This document shows positions 48,797 to 58,442 of a DNA stretch of 64,000 bases, one piece after another. Positions within the stretch are counted from its first letter, which is position 1; every line of letters begins with the position of its first letter. The notes below the pieces were generated by a model. It was not told where the DNA came from. It did no database searches and worked only from the letters and a program-made list of their open reading frames with translations. The stretch comes from Candidatus Omnitrophota bacterium (GTDB lineage Bacteria > Omnitrophota > Gorgyraeia > Tantalellales > Tantalellaceae): NCBI GenBank assembly GCA_018813285.1, contig JAHJBY010000033.1, forward strand, positions 3,723-67,722. The letters run 5' to 3'. Position numbers and translations under genes: made by a program.

Positions 48797-49891
48797 CTAC
48801 CTCTTCCTTCTGCGGCTCACGCTTAGCAGAAAACCTATACCTATCATGGTCGCCATGATGTTTGATCCGCCATAGCTAATGAACGGCAACGGCAACCCAA
48901 CCACCGGCATCAATCCAACCGTCATGGCGATGTTCGTCAGCACCTGGACAGCTATCAATGTAACTAACCCGGTAGCAATAGCCTTCCCATAGGTATCGTC
49001 CACACCTGAGATTATCCGGACCCCGCGTGCTATGATCAAACAATAAAGGCCAAGCAGCATCATTGCGCCAACGAAGCCCCATTCTTCACCGATAACGGAA
49101 AAAATAAAATCCGTGTGCCGTTCCGGCAGAAACCGCAAGTGACTTTGCGTACCGCCGAGCCATCCCTTCCCCCATACACCGCCGGATCCAATGGCTATCT
49201 TTGACTGAATAATCGTATACCCGGCCCCGAGAGGATCGATATTCGGATTCATGAATACCAATAGGCGGCTTTTCTGATAATCTTTCAAAATATTCCAAAA
49301 CACCGGCATACTTAAAACACCAAACACCATCGTTGTCACTATGTATTTTATGTTCTCACCCGACACATAAAGGACAGAAAACAGTATCGGCACAAGCACC
49401 AACGCCGTACCGAGATCGGGCTGAAGAAATATCAAAAGAAACGCCGGAGATACCAGCAAAAGCGCGTAAACATAATTACGCAGCGTACCGGCTTTTTCTT
49501 TTCGTTCGCCAAGAAAAGCCGCCAACGCGAAAATAACAGTGATCTTCACAAACTCTGACGGTTGAAGAGAAAAAAGGCCGAGGTCGATCCATCTTTTCGC
49601 GCCATAGCGCTCTCCCCCGAACAATAGCAAAAACACAAGCAACAGAAGGTTAATGCCGTAAGCGATGTACGCAAAATCAAGCATGCGGATATAATCCATT
49701 CCGGCAACACATAAGAGTATCGCGAACCCCGCTCCAACCCACAAACATTGACGCGCCACCAGTGGATTAAGCGATCCGGTTTGAGCTCCTCTCACATACG
49801 TCGCACTGTAGACAAACGCGAGGCCCAAGATGACGATCATAAAAACCGCCAGCAGCAGCACCCTGTCCATTCGCCCGTGTCCGGGTTTCAT
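48797..49891 (-). CDS. rodA: Rod shape-determining protein RodA
   Basis: GAKRWI, QPSEF, QPDLGT, GSGG..GKG, PERHTDFIF. Confidence 0.95.
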   Translation of the reverse strand: MKPGHGRMDRVLLLAVFMIVILGLAFVYSATYVRGAQTGSLNPLVARQCLWVGAGFAILLCVAGMDYIRMLDFAYIAYGINLLLLVFLLLFGGERYGAKRWIDLGLFSLQPSEFVKITVIFALAAFLGERKEKAGTLRNYVYALLLVSPAFLLIFLQPDLGTALVLVPILFSVLYVSGENIKYIVTTMVFGVLSMPVFWNILKDYQKSRLLVFMNPNIDPLGAGYTIIQSKIAIGSGGVWGKGWLGGTQSHLRFLPERHTDFIFSVIGEEWGFVGAMMLLGLYCLIIARGVRIISGVDDTYGKAIATGLVTLIAVQVLTNIAMTVGLMPVVGLPLPFISYGGSNIMATMIGIGFLLSVSRRRKR

Positions 49892-49913
49892 CAGATTATT
49901 CTCCTTTTACTCA

Positions 49914-51632
49914 TCATATGATCCCAAGCTTTTTAGCTTCCCGAAAAACTTTACCCGCGGTCTCCGCGGCATAATACCCGCCCTTGCCGCCATACTCATC
50001 AAATACCACGACCACCAGGGACGGTTTATCAAAGGGAGCGAATCCCACAAACCACCCATGGTTCCGGCCCGTAGAAGTCTCGGCTGTGCCGGTCTTCCCG
50101 GACACGACAACCTCGGAAAGCCGGGCTTTCATCCCGGTTCCATGGCGATCATTAACGCATCTCATCACCCCTTCGCGAACGGTATCAAGCGCGGCTTCTC
50201 TAATACCGGCAGGCTGTCTTTCAAAATTGTTTATCCTTACATCGCCGATTGACTCAACCACGTAAGGCCTCACCAGGTAGCCCCTGTTCGCGAAAACCGA
50301 CATCATCTCCGCAACCTGAATCGGTGTAACAAGCAAATATCCCTGCCCAATCGCATAATTTACGGTTTCCCCCTTATACCATTCGTCCTTAAACGTCTCG
50401 ACCTTCCATTTCGGGGATGGAACTGTTCCTGTCACCTCACCGGGAATATCTATTTTCGTCAGTTTCCCGAAACCAAACTTCCGCGCGAAAACAGCTATAT
50501 CATCGGCTCCCAAAAGCAACCCCAGCCTGTAAAAATAGACGTTGCAGGAATTCATGATCGCGTCTGTCATGAGCTGTTCGCCGTGCCCATTCTCCTTCCA
50601 GCACCTAAAAACCCTTTTACCAAGGGTAATGTATCCCTCACAAATCGACGAAGTTTCAGGACGCGCCTTTCCGCTTTCAAGCGCGGCGGCAGCTATAACA
50701 AGTTTGAAGATCGACCCCGGCGGATACGCGGCTCTTACCGCCCTGTTCACAAGGGGATATTGTTTGTTATCCAAAAGCTCCTTCACTTCACCTGACCTTT
50801 TGCGATCAACGAACACTTCTGGATCATAGGACGGCGCGCTTGCCATCGCAAGTATTTTTCCCGTTTCGGGATCCATCGCCACGATGGCTCCACGATTGTT
50901 TTTTAATAGTTTACCGCAAAATATCTGGAGATCCAGATCAAGCGTGGTGTGGATATCTCTTCCTGGATTGGGTTCTCTGTATCCGATAGTCGCGATCTCA
51001 CGCCCGCGATTGTCTACTTCGACCTGCTTACCGCCATGTTTGCCGCGCAGATAATTATCGTATTGTTTTTCCAATCCGGCGCGGCCTATCATATCGTCTA
51101 TCCGATATCCATAGTGTTTCAGCCGGTCAAACTCGGGCCTGTTAATGCGGCCAATATACCCTAAAACACTTACTGTCGCCGACCCTGAGGCGTATTCTCG
51201 TTTCGTTGTCGCCTCGACAAAAAGACCCGGATGTTCATATGCCGCTTCTTCAAGCTGGATAGCGGCCCTTGTTCCAATATCCGAGACTACACACACCGGC
51301 GAATATGGCCGTATCCGGCATCTATCCATACCGTCATCTATCGTCTTTCGGTCTACATTAAGTATCTCCGCCATCAATCCCGCCAAGGCATCCTTATTCC
51401 TGATCTGACTATAGATTATCGACGCGTTAAAACTCAAAGCATCCCTGGCCAACATCTTTTCGTGTCTGTCGAAAACACCGCCGCGAGGAGCCGTTAACGG
51501 CGTTACCCTGAGCCTGTTCTCTTCCGACATTACGCGGTACACATCATGCCGTATGACTTGTGTGTAAAGGAGTCCGGCAATAAGAAATGTCAGGCCGCTC
51601 AGCAATATTTGGACAAATACTCGTACCCTCAT
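49914..51632 (-). CDS. mrdA: Penicillin-binding protein 2
   Basis: PGSIFK, SCN, KTGT motifs; in mre operon. Confidence 0.95.
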   Translation of the reverse strand: MRVRVFVQILLSGLTFLIAGLLYTQVIRHDVYRVMSEENRLRVTPLTAPRGGVFDRHEKMLARDALSFNASIIYSQIRNKDALAGLMAEILNVDRKTIDDGMDRCRIRPYSPVCVVSDIGTRAAIQLEEAAYEHPGLFVEATTKREYASGSATVSVLGYIGRINRPEFDRLKHYGYRIDDMIGRAGLEKQYDNYLRGKHGGKQVEVDNRGREIATIGYREPNPGRDIHTTLDLDLQIFCGKLLKNNRGAIVAMDPETGKILAMASAPSYDPEVFVDRKRSGEVKELLDNKQYPLVNRAVRAAYPPGSIFKLVIAAAALESGKARPETSSICEGYITLGKRVFRCWKENGHGEQLMTDAIMNSCNVYFYRLGLLLGADDIAVFARKFGFGKLTKIDIPGEVTGTVPSPKWKVETFKDEWYKGETVNYAIGQGYLLVTPIQVAEMMSVFANRGYLVRPYVVESIGDVRINNFERQPAGIREAALDTVREGVMRCVNDRHGTGMKARLSEVVVSGKTGTAETSTGRNHGWFVGFAPFDKPSLVVVVFDEYGGKGGYYAAETAGKVFREAKKLGII

Positions 51633-51633
51633 G

Positions 51634-51841
51634 GTAAATACTTAAGTAAGCGCGCCTATTTTTTGAATATTCAACGCAAAATGCAAATTGCAAATTGCAA
51701 AAGTTAAAATTATTTGTTCTTCTTTGCCGTAATTACTGACTTTTCAACAATGCTTATGGCACTTGTTCTACTGTCTTCATTTTACACTTTTCATTTTGCA
51801 TTTTGCACTTTGCAATCGACTGTACCTTACTGACTATTTAC
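51634..51841. mobile_element. MITE-like element with GTAAATA TIRs, 8-bp TSD (ccctcatg), heptamer arrays
   Basis: ccctcatg at 51626-51633 and 51842-51849; ends gtaaatacttaagtaag / cttactgactatttac. Confidence 0.85.
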
Positions 51842-51849
51842 CCCTCATG

Positions 51850-52338
51850 TCACCTTTCTGACGCCCATAGCCCGCGAATGGTCAAAAACACCAGCGGCGA
51901 AACCAATATTGTGCTTACGATAACCCGCCAACTGCCGGCGAGTACCACATGCAGTCCGGGACAATCCCCGAAGATCGCGGCAAAATATAAGGTGTGAACT
52001 ATCATCAACAGGCATATGGATATGCCTGCCACCAACATGTTCATAATGGGGCTTTGTCTGTAAAATGTCTTCGACAGGATCGCCGCGGCAGCACCAAGCA
52101 CAGGGAATATAATTATGTCCGCGGAAAAAGTATGCACTGAAAGCAGTCCGCGCAGTATCCCGGCCGCGAGCCCGAACGCGAGAGCTCCGAATACCCCGTT
52201 AAAAACCGCGGTGAAAATAACCACCAGTAGAACCAGATCCGGAAACCATCTTGAGCGCCCGGTGAAGCTTCCCTGGATCATAAACACCGCTACCAGCAAC
52301 GCGCATATGTACAATATTTTTCTGTTGTTGCCTTCCAC
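51850..52338 (-). CDS. mreD: Rod shape-determining protein MreD
   Basis: Polytopic, PDLVLLVV...GLAAGIL; between mreC and mrdA. Confidence 0.8.
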   Translation of the reverse strand: MEGNNRKILYICALLVAVFMIQGSFTGRSRWFPDLVLLVVIFTAVFNGVFGALAFGLAAGILRGLLSVHTFSADIIIFPVLGAAAAILSKTFYRQSPIMNMLVAGISICLLMIVHTLYFAAIFGDCPGLHVVLAGSWRVIVSTILVSPLVFLTIRGLWASER

Positions 52339-53123
52339 TATTCGTTGTCCACGATGCATAAGACTTCTTCTGTGTCAAAAAAACCGGCGAACGGTTTTAT
52401 TTCCGCTATCTGATACAACCCTGTTTTGCTCTTTCGGACATCCGTGACCTTTCCCACCAATATGCCTTTCGGAAATACCCGGCTTAGTTCTGATGTCGTG
52501 ACAAACTCTCCTTTAACTACCTCGGCATCCATGGGAATATACAACATCCTGACGGTTCCACTCGCGCCACCGGCGATAACCCCATTAACACGGCTTCCCT
52601 TGATAACCCCGCCGGCTCTAAAACTCGGATGTGTTAAAAGCGCTACAAAACTACTGTCGTCTCCCGTTCGGACGACCTTGCCAAGTAATCCCTTTGATGA
52701 ACAGACAGCAGCCTGCGGCTTTACCCCATCATCCGCGCCTCTGTCAATAACAAATGAACCCGTCCAATCGTTCGGCCCTCTCTCGACTACCCTGGCGGAA
52801 ACAGTCTTGAACCTGAAGTTTTTCTTGAACTCGAGCAAAGCCCTCAAACGATCGTTCTCTTTCTCGACATCCTCGAGGCGCGCGATATTTAATGAAAGAT
52901 TATCGGCTTTTCGGCGTAAAGCGGCATTCTCCTTAAAAAGCGCGTCTCGACCCGCAAAATAACGCGCTACCCCTCCGCAAACAATCGCGGGCGTTGAGAA
53001 TATCCGTGCTGTAAGGAATTTTATACTGCCGAAAAGTGGAGAGTTGAAGACAACAATAAGAACTGCCACGAAGACAGCCGCCATAATGGATCGATTTCTG
53101 TATTTTGGAAATATTTTAGGCAC
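52338..53123 (-). CDS. mreC: Rod shape-determining protein MreC
   Basis: ENDRLRALL, IDRG..DGV, GLLGKV, FPKGILVG. Confidence 0.93.
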   Translation of the reverse strand: MPKIFPKYRNRSIMAAVFVAVLIVVFNSPLFGSIKFLTARIFSTPAIVCGGVARYFAGRDALFKENAALRRKADNLSLNIARLEDVEKENDRLRALLEFKKNFRFKTVSARVVERGPNDWTGSFVIDRGADDGVKPQAAVCSSKGLLGKVVRTGDDSSFVALLTHPSFRAGGVIKGSRVNGVIAGGASGTVRMLYIPMDAEVVKGEFVTTSELSRVFPKGILVGKVTDVRKSKTGLYQIAEIKPFAGFFDTEEVLCIVDNE

Positions 53124-53164
53124 ATCAATTTAACTGATCCGCCGCCGCGGGCGCGGCAAATCCG

Positions 53165-54226
53165 TTATTTGCGCAGTCTGGGAGCCACCGACAGGCGTTT
53201 TAGATAATTTAGTTCACTTAGTACCTTGCCGGCACCCAACACAACTGCCGTAAGTGGATCATCCGCCAGATGGACAGGCAACCCCGTCTCATCCGAGATA
53301 AGTTTATCCAATCCCCGCAACAGTGACCCACCGCCCGCCAAAATCAACCCCTTCTCTATAAGATCGGCTGATAATTCCGGCGGGGTTCTTTCAAGTGTGA
53401 TCCTGACCGCTTCTATGATCTGTGACACCGGCTCTACCATCGCTTCCCGGATCTCCTCACTGTTGATCGTTATCATCTTCGGTAAGCCGGCAACCTGGTC
53501 GCGTCCTCTGACTTCCATCGTGATCTCCTCGTCCAGAGGATACGCGGAACCGATCTTGATCTTGATATCCTCCGCGGTGCGTTCTCCGACCATCAAATTA
53601 TACGTTCGTTTTAAATAATTTGTGATCGCGGCGTCAAGTTCGTCACCGCCTACGCGAATAGACTTGGAAAAAACCACGCCTGCCAGAGAAATTACCGCCA
53701 TCTCCGTCGTGCCGCCGCCAATGTCTATAATCATATTACCGGACGGTTCCTGTATAGGAAGTCCAACCCCGATCGCGGCGGCAATAGGCTCTTCTATCAT
53801 GTACACTTCACGGGCGCCGGCATGAAGAGCGGAATCTTTCACCGCGCGCCTTTCAACTTCTGTGATCCCGGATGGAACAGCCACAACGATCCTGGGACGC
53901 ACCAAGCCGCGCGAGCTGTGAACTTTTTTTATAAAGTATCGTAGCATGCTTTCTGTTATATCAAAGTCGGCTATTACCCCGTCACGCATAGGGCGAATTG
54001 CCACGATATTGCCGGGTGTCCGACCGAGCATGCGTTTGGCTTCTTCTCCGACGGCCAAAATTTTCAATGTCCCCGCTTCAATCGCGACAACAGACGGTTC
54101 GCAAAGAACGATCCCTTCGTTCTTTACATATATAAGAGTGGAAGCCGTGCCGAGGTCTATCCCGATATCACTCGAGAAAGCACCCATTAAATTTCCTAAA
54201 AAACTGGATATGCTTTTATGCACCAT
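53165..54226 (-). CDS. mreB: Rod shape-determining protein MreB
   Basis: IDLGTA, EPSVVA, DIGGGTT, GGGSLL. Confidence 0.97.
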   Translation of the reverse strand: MVHKSISSFLGNLMGAFSSDIGIDLGTASTLIYVKNEGIVLCEPSVVAIEAGTLKILAVGEEAKRMLGRTPGNIVAIRPMRDGVIADFDITESMLRYFIKKVHSSRGLVRPRIVVAVPSGITEVERRAVKDSALHAGAREVYMIEEPIAAAIGVGLPIQEPSGNMIIDIGGGTTEMAVISLAGVVFSKSIRVGGDELDAAITNYLKRTYNLMVGERTAEDIKIKIGSAYPLDEEITMEVRGRDQVAGLPKMITINSEEIREAMVEPVSQIIEAVRITLERTPPELSADLIEKGLILAGGGSLLRGLDKLISDETGLPVHLADDPLTAVVLGAGKVLSELNYLKRLSVAPRLRK

Positions 54227-54341
54227 GTGACGCACCTTTTTTTCGTAAAGATCCGCGATTACCCGATCCGTAAGATCCCTTTGACAGAATAGAATCTTAA
54301 CAAATATAATATCCGTTGTCAAATTGTTTCTTAGGACGGGG

Positions 54342-55637
54342 TCATCCCCCGGCTACCAGGGCCGTGAGATCCTTCAAAAAGCCGGGATAAGATGTATCAA
54401 CGCAACCCGAGTCCACGATGACACATTCATCGTCTGAGGCGAGAGATGCTATCGCCGCGCTCATAGCCGTTCGGTGATCACCAAAACTTTTTACCCGATG
54501 TGCCTGAAATCTACCAATGCCCCCGGAGATTATCAAAGTGTCATCTTCTTCCCTGAGACGCGCTCCAATAGCCGTCAAATTATCCGTTATGCTTTTTACC
54601 CGATCGGTCTCCTTGACCTTAAGTTCCGATATGCCCATGATACGGGTTTCACCATCCGCCGCCGCCGCCGCGACAGCGATCACAGGTATCTCATCGATCA
54701 GTAGCGGAATTTCGTCAGCGGTAACAACAGTGCCTTTAAGAACAGAATATTTTACCTCCAGATCCCCCACCGGCTCAAGCGTTTCCCTTTCGTCAAGGAT
54801 CTTAATATGCCCACCCATTCTCCTTAACACGTCAACCACTCCGGTCCGGGTAGGATTCAGCCCCACATCACGCAATATGATATGTGAATCTTTCACCAAA
54901 AGACCGCCTACAATAAAAAAAGCCGCACTTGAAATGTCACCCGGGATGTTGATGTCATTCGCCTCGAGATATTTACCACCGGTTATACGCGTGGTCAAAC
55001 CGTCTTTTTTAATAACCGCGGAAAGATATTCGAGCATCCTCTCCGTGTGGTCACGCGACAGAAATGGCTCTCGCAGTGACGTCACTCCATCGGCATACAA
55101 ACCCGCCGCAAGCACACAGGATTTGATCTGCGCGCTGGCAACCGGTGTCACATAATCGATCGGAGACAATGGTCCCTTATGCCCATAGATCCGGAGCGGC
55201 GCGTGATCGCCTCCCTCCATTGGTTCAACTTTAACTCCCATCCGGGCAAGAGGTTCCATAACGCGGCGCATCGGACGCCGTCTCAATGATCCGTCTCCCG
55301 TCAAAACGCTGTTAAAAGGCTGCCCGGCCAGTATGCCGGGGATAATGCGCATGCTTGTCCCTGAATTTCCGAGATAGATATTGCCTTCCGGCGGACGCAG
55401 TCCCCGCAACCCTTTACCGGACACAATGACCATATCTTTTTTGACCTCTATTTCGATCCCCAGTGAACGGAACGCGCGAAGCGTATGCATACAGTCTTCA
55501 CCCCGAAGAAAATTATTTATCCGCGTATTTCCGTTTGATATCGAGCCGAACATGATGGCTCGATGCGAAATACTCTTGTCCGGCGGAACCGTTAATTCCC
55601 CTTTGAGACTTTTCGCGGGTTGTATCTTCCAATCCAT
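54342..55637 (-). CDS. aroA: EPSP synthase
   Basis: [35 protein letters not shown]. Confidence 0.96.
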   Translation of the reverse strand: MDWKIQPAKSLKGELTVPPDKSISHRAIMFGSISNGNTRINNFLRGEDCMHTLRAFRSLGIEIEVKKDMVIVSGKGLRGLRPPEGNIYLGNSGTSMRIIPGILAGQPFNSVLTGDGSLRRRPMRRVMEPLARMGVKVEPMEGGDHAPLRIYGHKGPLSPIDYVTPVASAQIKSCVLAAGLYADGVTSLREPFLSRDHTERMLEYLSAVIKKDGLTTRITGGKYLEANDINIPGDISSAAFFIVGGLLVKDSHIILRDVGLNPTRTGVVDVLRRMGGHIKILDERETLEPVGDLEVKYSVLKGTVVTADEIPLLIDEIPVIAVAAAAADGETRIMGISELKVKETDRVKSITDNLTAIGARLREEDDTLIISGGIGRFQAHRVKSFGDHRTAMSAAIASLASDDECVIVDSGCVDTSYPGFLKDLTALVAGG

Positions 55638-55652
55638 TTTACTCCTTGATCA

Positions 55653-55677
55653 AGGGCGAAATATTTTTCGCCCCTAC
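55653..55677. repeat. REP palindrome
   Basis: agggcgaaatatttttcgcccctac. Confidence 0.7.
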
Positions 55678-56594
55678 GATTCACCCTTTACTACCTTCCC
55701 GCTCCTGATCTTTTCCATTATATCATCCGGAACCGGAGAATGGAACTCTACATATTCGCCGGTCTCGGGATGCGTAAATCCGATCATCTCGGCATGAAGC
55801 GCCTGGCGGACCATCCCGCCCTCCTTGCCGTACGTTGCGTCTCCCAATACCGGATGCCCGATATGTCTCATATGTACTCGTATTTGATGAGTTCTGCCCG
55901 TTTCTAATTCCACACGCAAAACCGTGAACTCCTTGAACCTCTTAAGTACATGATATATCGATCGCGACGGTCTTCCTCTTTCATGATCGATAACCATTTT
56001 TTTGCGATCGATCACACCTCTCGCTATGGGTTCATCTACAACCCCGTTGTCTGCTTCCACCCGTCCGCCTACGATCGCTATATACGTTTTCTTGACCGCT
56101 CTCTTTTTAAATTGTCCCGACAATGACCGCAAAGCTTTATCATTTTTCGCCGCTACCAGCACGCCGGAAGTGTCCTTATCAAGCCTGTGAACAATGCCCG
56201 GACGGAGCTCATTTCCGGTATCTGCCAGAGACTTTGTGTGATGAAGAAGAGCGTTTACCAGGGTCCCTCGCCTGTTTCCCGCCCCCGGATGAACGATCAT
56301 GCCAGCATGTTTATTGATAACAATGATCCAGTCATCCTCATAAAGTATCTCCAGGGGTATTTCTTCCGGTTTCATATCATTTTCAGATGCGGGAGGTACA
56401 CTGACATGTATCAGATCACCGGAAGAAATAATGTAACGCGGCTTGACACCCCGGCCATTAACCAAAACGTGTCCTCGATCGATAAGCGTCTTAGCGAAGG
56501 TGCGCGAATATCCCTCGCCCAATCTTAAAGCGATACACTTGTCAACACGTCCACCGGTCGCGTCGGCGCTGACCTCGAACTCCAATTCCGTCAT
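55674..56594 (-). CDS. rluD: RluA/RluD-family pseudouridine synthase
   Basis: S4 domain, HRLDKDTSG, TGRTHQIRVH. Confidence 0.92.
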   Translation of the reverse strand: MTELEFEVSADATGGRVDKCIALRLGEGYSRTFAKTLIDRGHVLVNGRGVKPRYIISSGDLIHVSVPPASENDMKPEEIPLEILYEDDWIIVINKHAGMIVHPGAGNRRGTLVNALLHHTKSLADTGNELRPGIVHRLDKDTSGVLVAAKNDKALRSLSGQFKKRAVKKTYIAIVGGRVEADNGVVDEPIARGVIDRKKMVIDHERGRPSRSIYHVLKRFKEFTVLRVELETGRTHQIRVHMRHIGHPVLGDATYGKEGGMVRQALHAEMIGFTHPETGEYVEFHSPVPDDIMEKIRSGKVVKGES

Positions 56595-57337
56595 CTTTTT
56601 ACCCTTTTAACGGCAAACAACACTGTAAACAATATTACGCTGACCGTAAACATCGAGGCGCTTATAACCTGCGGCAATGTCATTCCAAAAGCAACCGACG
56701 GATTGTCGCCGCGGAGAAATTCGATAAAAAACCTGAAAATGGAATACATAACCAGATACAGCAGTATTGTAGATCCGCTGAATAATTTCGCTCCCCGCAC
56801 ACGCAAAAGCGCCAGGTACATAACAGCGAGCCCAAGTGCGGCATACGCCTGAACCGGCAGTCGCATAGAGACCTCTCCTGGAAACGTTACGCCAAAACCT
56901 GATCGCACAACTTTTCCGTAACAACATCCGTTCAAAAAACACCCGACGCGTCCTACAGCCTGACCAAGCGCGATATAAGGAGCAATAATATCCGAGGTTT
57001 CCGCGAATGACATCTCTTTTCGCCGACAAACAATCGCCGCGGCCGCGGTGCCTGCGGCTAAACCGCCATGGAACGCCATTCCGCCGTCACGAATGGCGAA
57101 AATGCGCATGGGAAACTGTAAATAATATTTCAAATCAGTGCATACGAATAGAAGCCTTCCGCCTATGAGGCCGCCTACCAATATCCACAAAAGACAATCT
57201 AAAACCTTATCGAACGGGAGGCCGGACCTAACGCAGTCTCTTCGTATCAGCAATGTAGAGATCAAAAACGCGGCGGCCACACAAACTCCATAGCTATAGA
57301 CCGAGAACGAACCGATCTCGCACAATATTCGGTGCAT
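56591..57337 (-). CDS. lgt: Prolipoprotein diacylglyceryl transferase
   Basis: YG, GGMAFHGG, GRVGCFLNGCCYG, RFFIEFLR. Confidence 0.92.
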   Translation of the reverse strand: MHRILCEIGSFSVYSYGVCVAAAFLISTLLIRRDCVRSGLPFDKVLDCLLWILVGGLIGGRLLFVCTDLKYYLQFPMRIFAIRDGGMAFHGGLAAGTAAAAIVCRRKEMSFAETSDIIAPYIALGQAVGRVGCFLNGCCYGKVVRSGFGVTFPGEVSMRLPVQAYAALGLAVMYLALLRVRGAKLFSGSTILLYLVMYSIFRFFIEFLRGDNPSVAFGMTLPQVISASMFTVSVILFTVLFAVKRVKR

Positions 57338-57353
57338 ATCAACTCCCGTGATC

Positions 57354-57549
57354 GTAAATATTAAGTAAACAAACCACGTCTAAATTCTCTTGAATATTCA
57401 ATGCAAATTGCAAATTGTAGAAGTTAAAATTACTTACAGTTTTTTCCGCAAAATTTAACAACCGTTCACTAAATTTATTCTTCATTATTTTACTGTTTTC
57501 ATTTTGCACTTTGCATTTTGCAATAGAATGCACTTTACCTACGATTTAC
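57354..57549. mobile_element. Second MITE-like GTAAAT-TIR element with heptamer arrays
   Basis: Homologous ends to 51634-51841; flanks ccgtgatc / ccgaggcc (5/8 match). Confidence 0.75.
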
Positions 57550-58068
57550 CCGAGGCCGGCAACAACGACTTCCCCCTTTGCCATCATATCCTGTTGCCAC
57601 CATTCGTATGATCAGCATCCCAGCTCCCGTCGTAATAAAACAATCCGCGATATTGAACACCGGCCATATTCTGAAGTCTATAAAATCAATGACATGTCCA
57701 AACAATAACCTGTCCGTAAGATTCCCCATGATCCCGGCAAGCATAAATACCAGTGCGCACTTTTCCGATAGCCCTAATCGTTTATGCCCCACCAAAAGAA
57801 TAACAGAGATCGAAATGAGGGCTATAACAGCGACAATGATGAACAACCACGGCATGGGCTGAAAAATACCGAAAGCGCCTCCGGTATTGGACAGGAGGGT
57901 GAGATGTAAAAAGTTTTTGATCACGGGAAGTGTTGCGCCCGCGGTCAAAAATTTCATCGCGAAATACTTCGAGGCGCGATCGAAAAAATACACGAACAAA
58001 AACGCCGATAAAAGCGGTATTATCGGCGAGAACTCTTTTCTATTTTTTCCTGGCATTTTATGCAGCAT
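57535..58068 (-). CDS. lspA: Lipoprotein signal peptidase II
   Basis: NTGGAFG, GNLTDR, VIDFID, WPVFNIAD; start may be 58056. Confidence 0.94.
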   Translation of the reverse strand: MLHKMPGKNRKEFSPIIPLLSAFLFVYFFDRASKYFAMKFLTAGATLPVIKNFLHLTLLSNTGGAFGIFQPMPWLFIIVAVIALISISVILLVGHKRLGLSEKCALVFMLAGIMGNLTDRLLFGHVIDFIDFRIWPVFNIADCFITTGAGMLIIRMVATGYDGKGGSRCCRPRVNRR

Positions 58069-58442
58069 TGGGCTTGGGGCATAGCTTTCAGACGTCGTTT
58101 TGAGATCGGTTCACCACATTCGTCACACACACCATATATCCCCTCGTCTATCCGTTTTATCGCGTCATCAAGCGCGAATAGCATTTCTCTTTCGCCCTCC
58201 GCGAGCCCAAGCAGGAACTCACGCTCATAAAGATCGGTGGCCATATCCGCCATGTGGAACGAATACCCGGACAGATCCCCCGACGCTTCTTTCTGTGACT
58301 TCCTCAATGAGTTTTCCTTAATGCACATCAATTCCTTTAAAATGCCGGTTTTCTCTTCGACAAGCCGTTTTCGTATTTTTCCAAGCTCGGTTTTTACGCG
58401 GCCTTTATTTTTCGATCCCTTCGCTTTAGCCGTCATCCTCAC
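58020..58442 (-). CDS. TraR/DksA C4-type zinc finger protein
   Basis: HMADMATD, YGVCDEC..I...RL.AMP...CIKCQ. Confidence 0.9.
   Translation of the reverse strand: MRMTAKAKGSKNKGRVKTELGKIRKRLVEEKTGILKELMCIKENSLRKSQKEASGDLSGYSFHMADMATDLYEREFLLGLAEGEREMLFALDDAIKRIDEGIYGVCDECGEPISKRRLKAMPQAQCCIKCQEKIEKSSRR

Noticed and set aside
57339-57533. 64-aa ORF as a functional gene
   Set aside because: Mostly heptamer-array translation; treated as a remnant within the element
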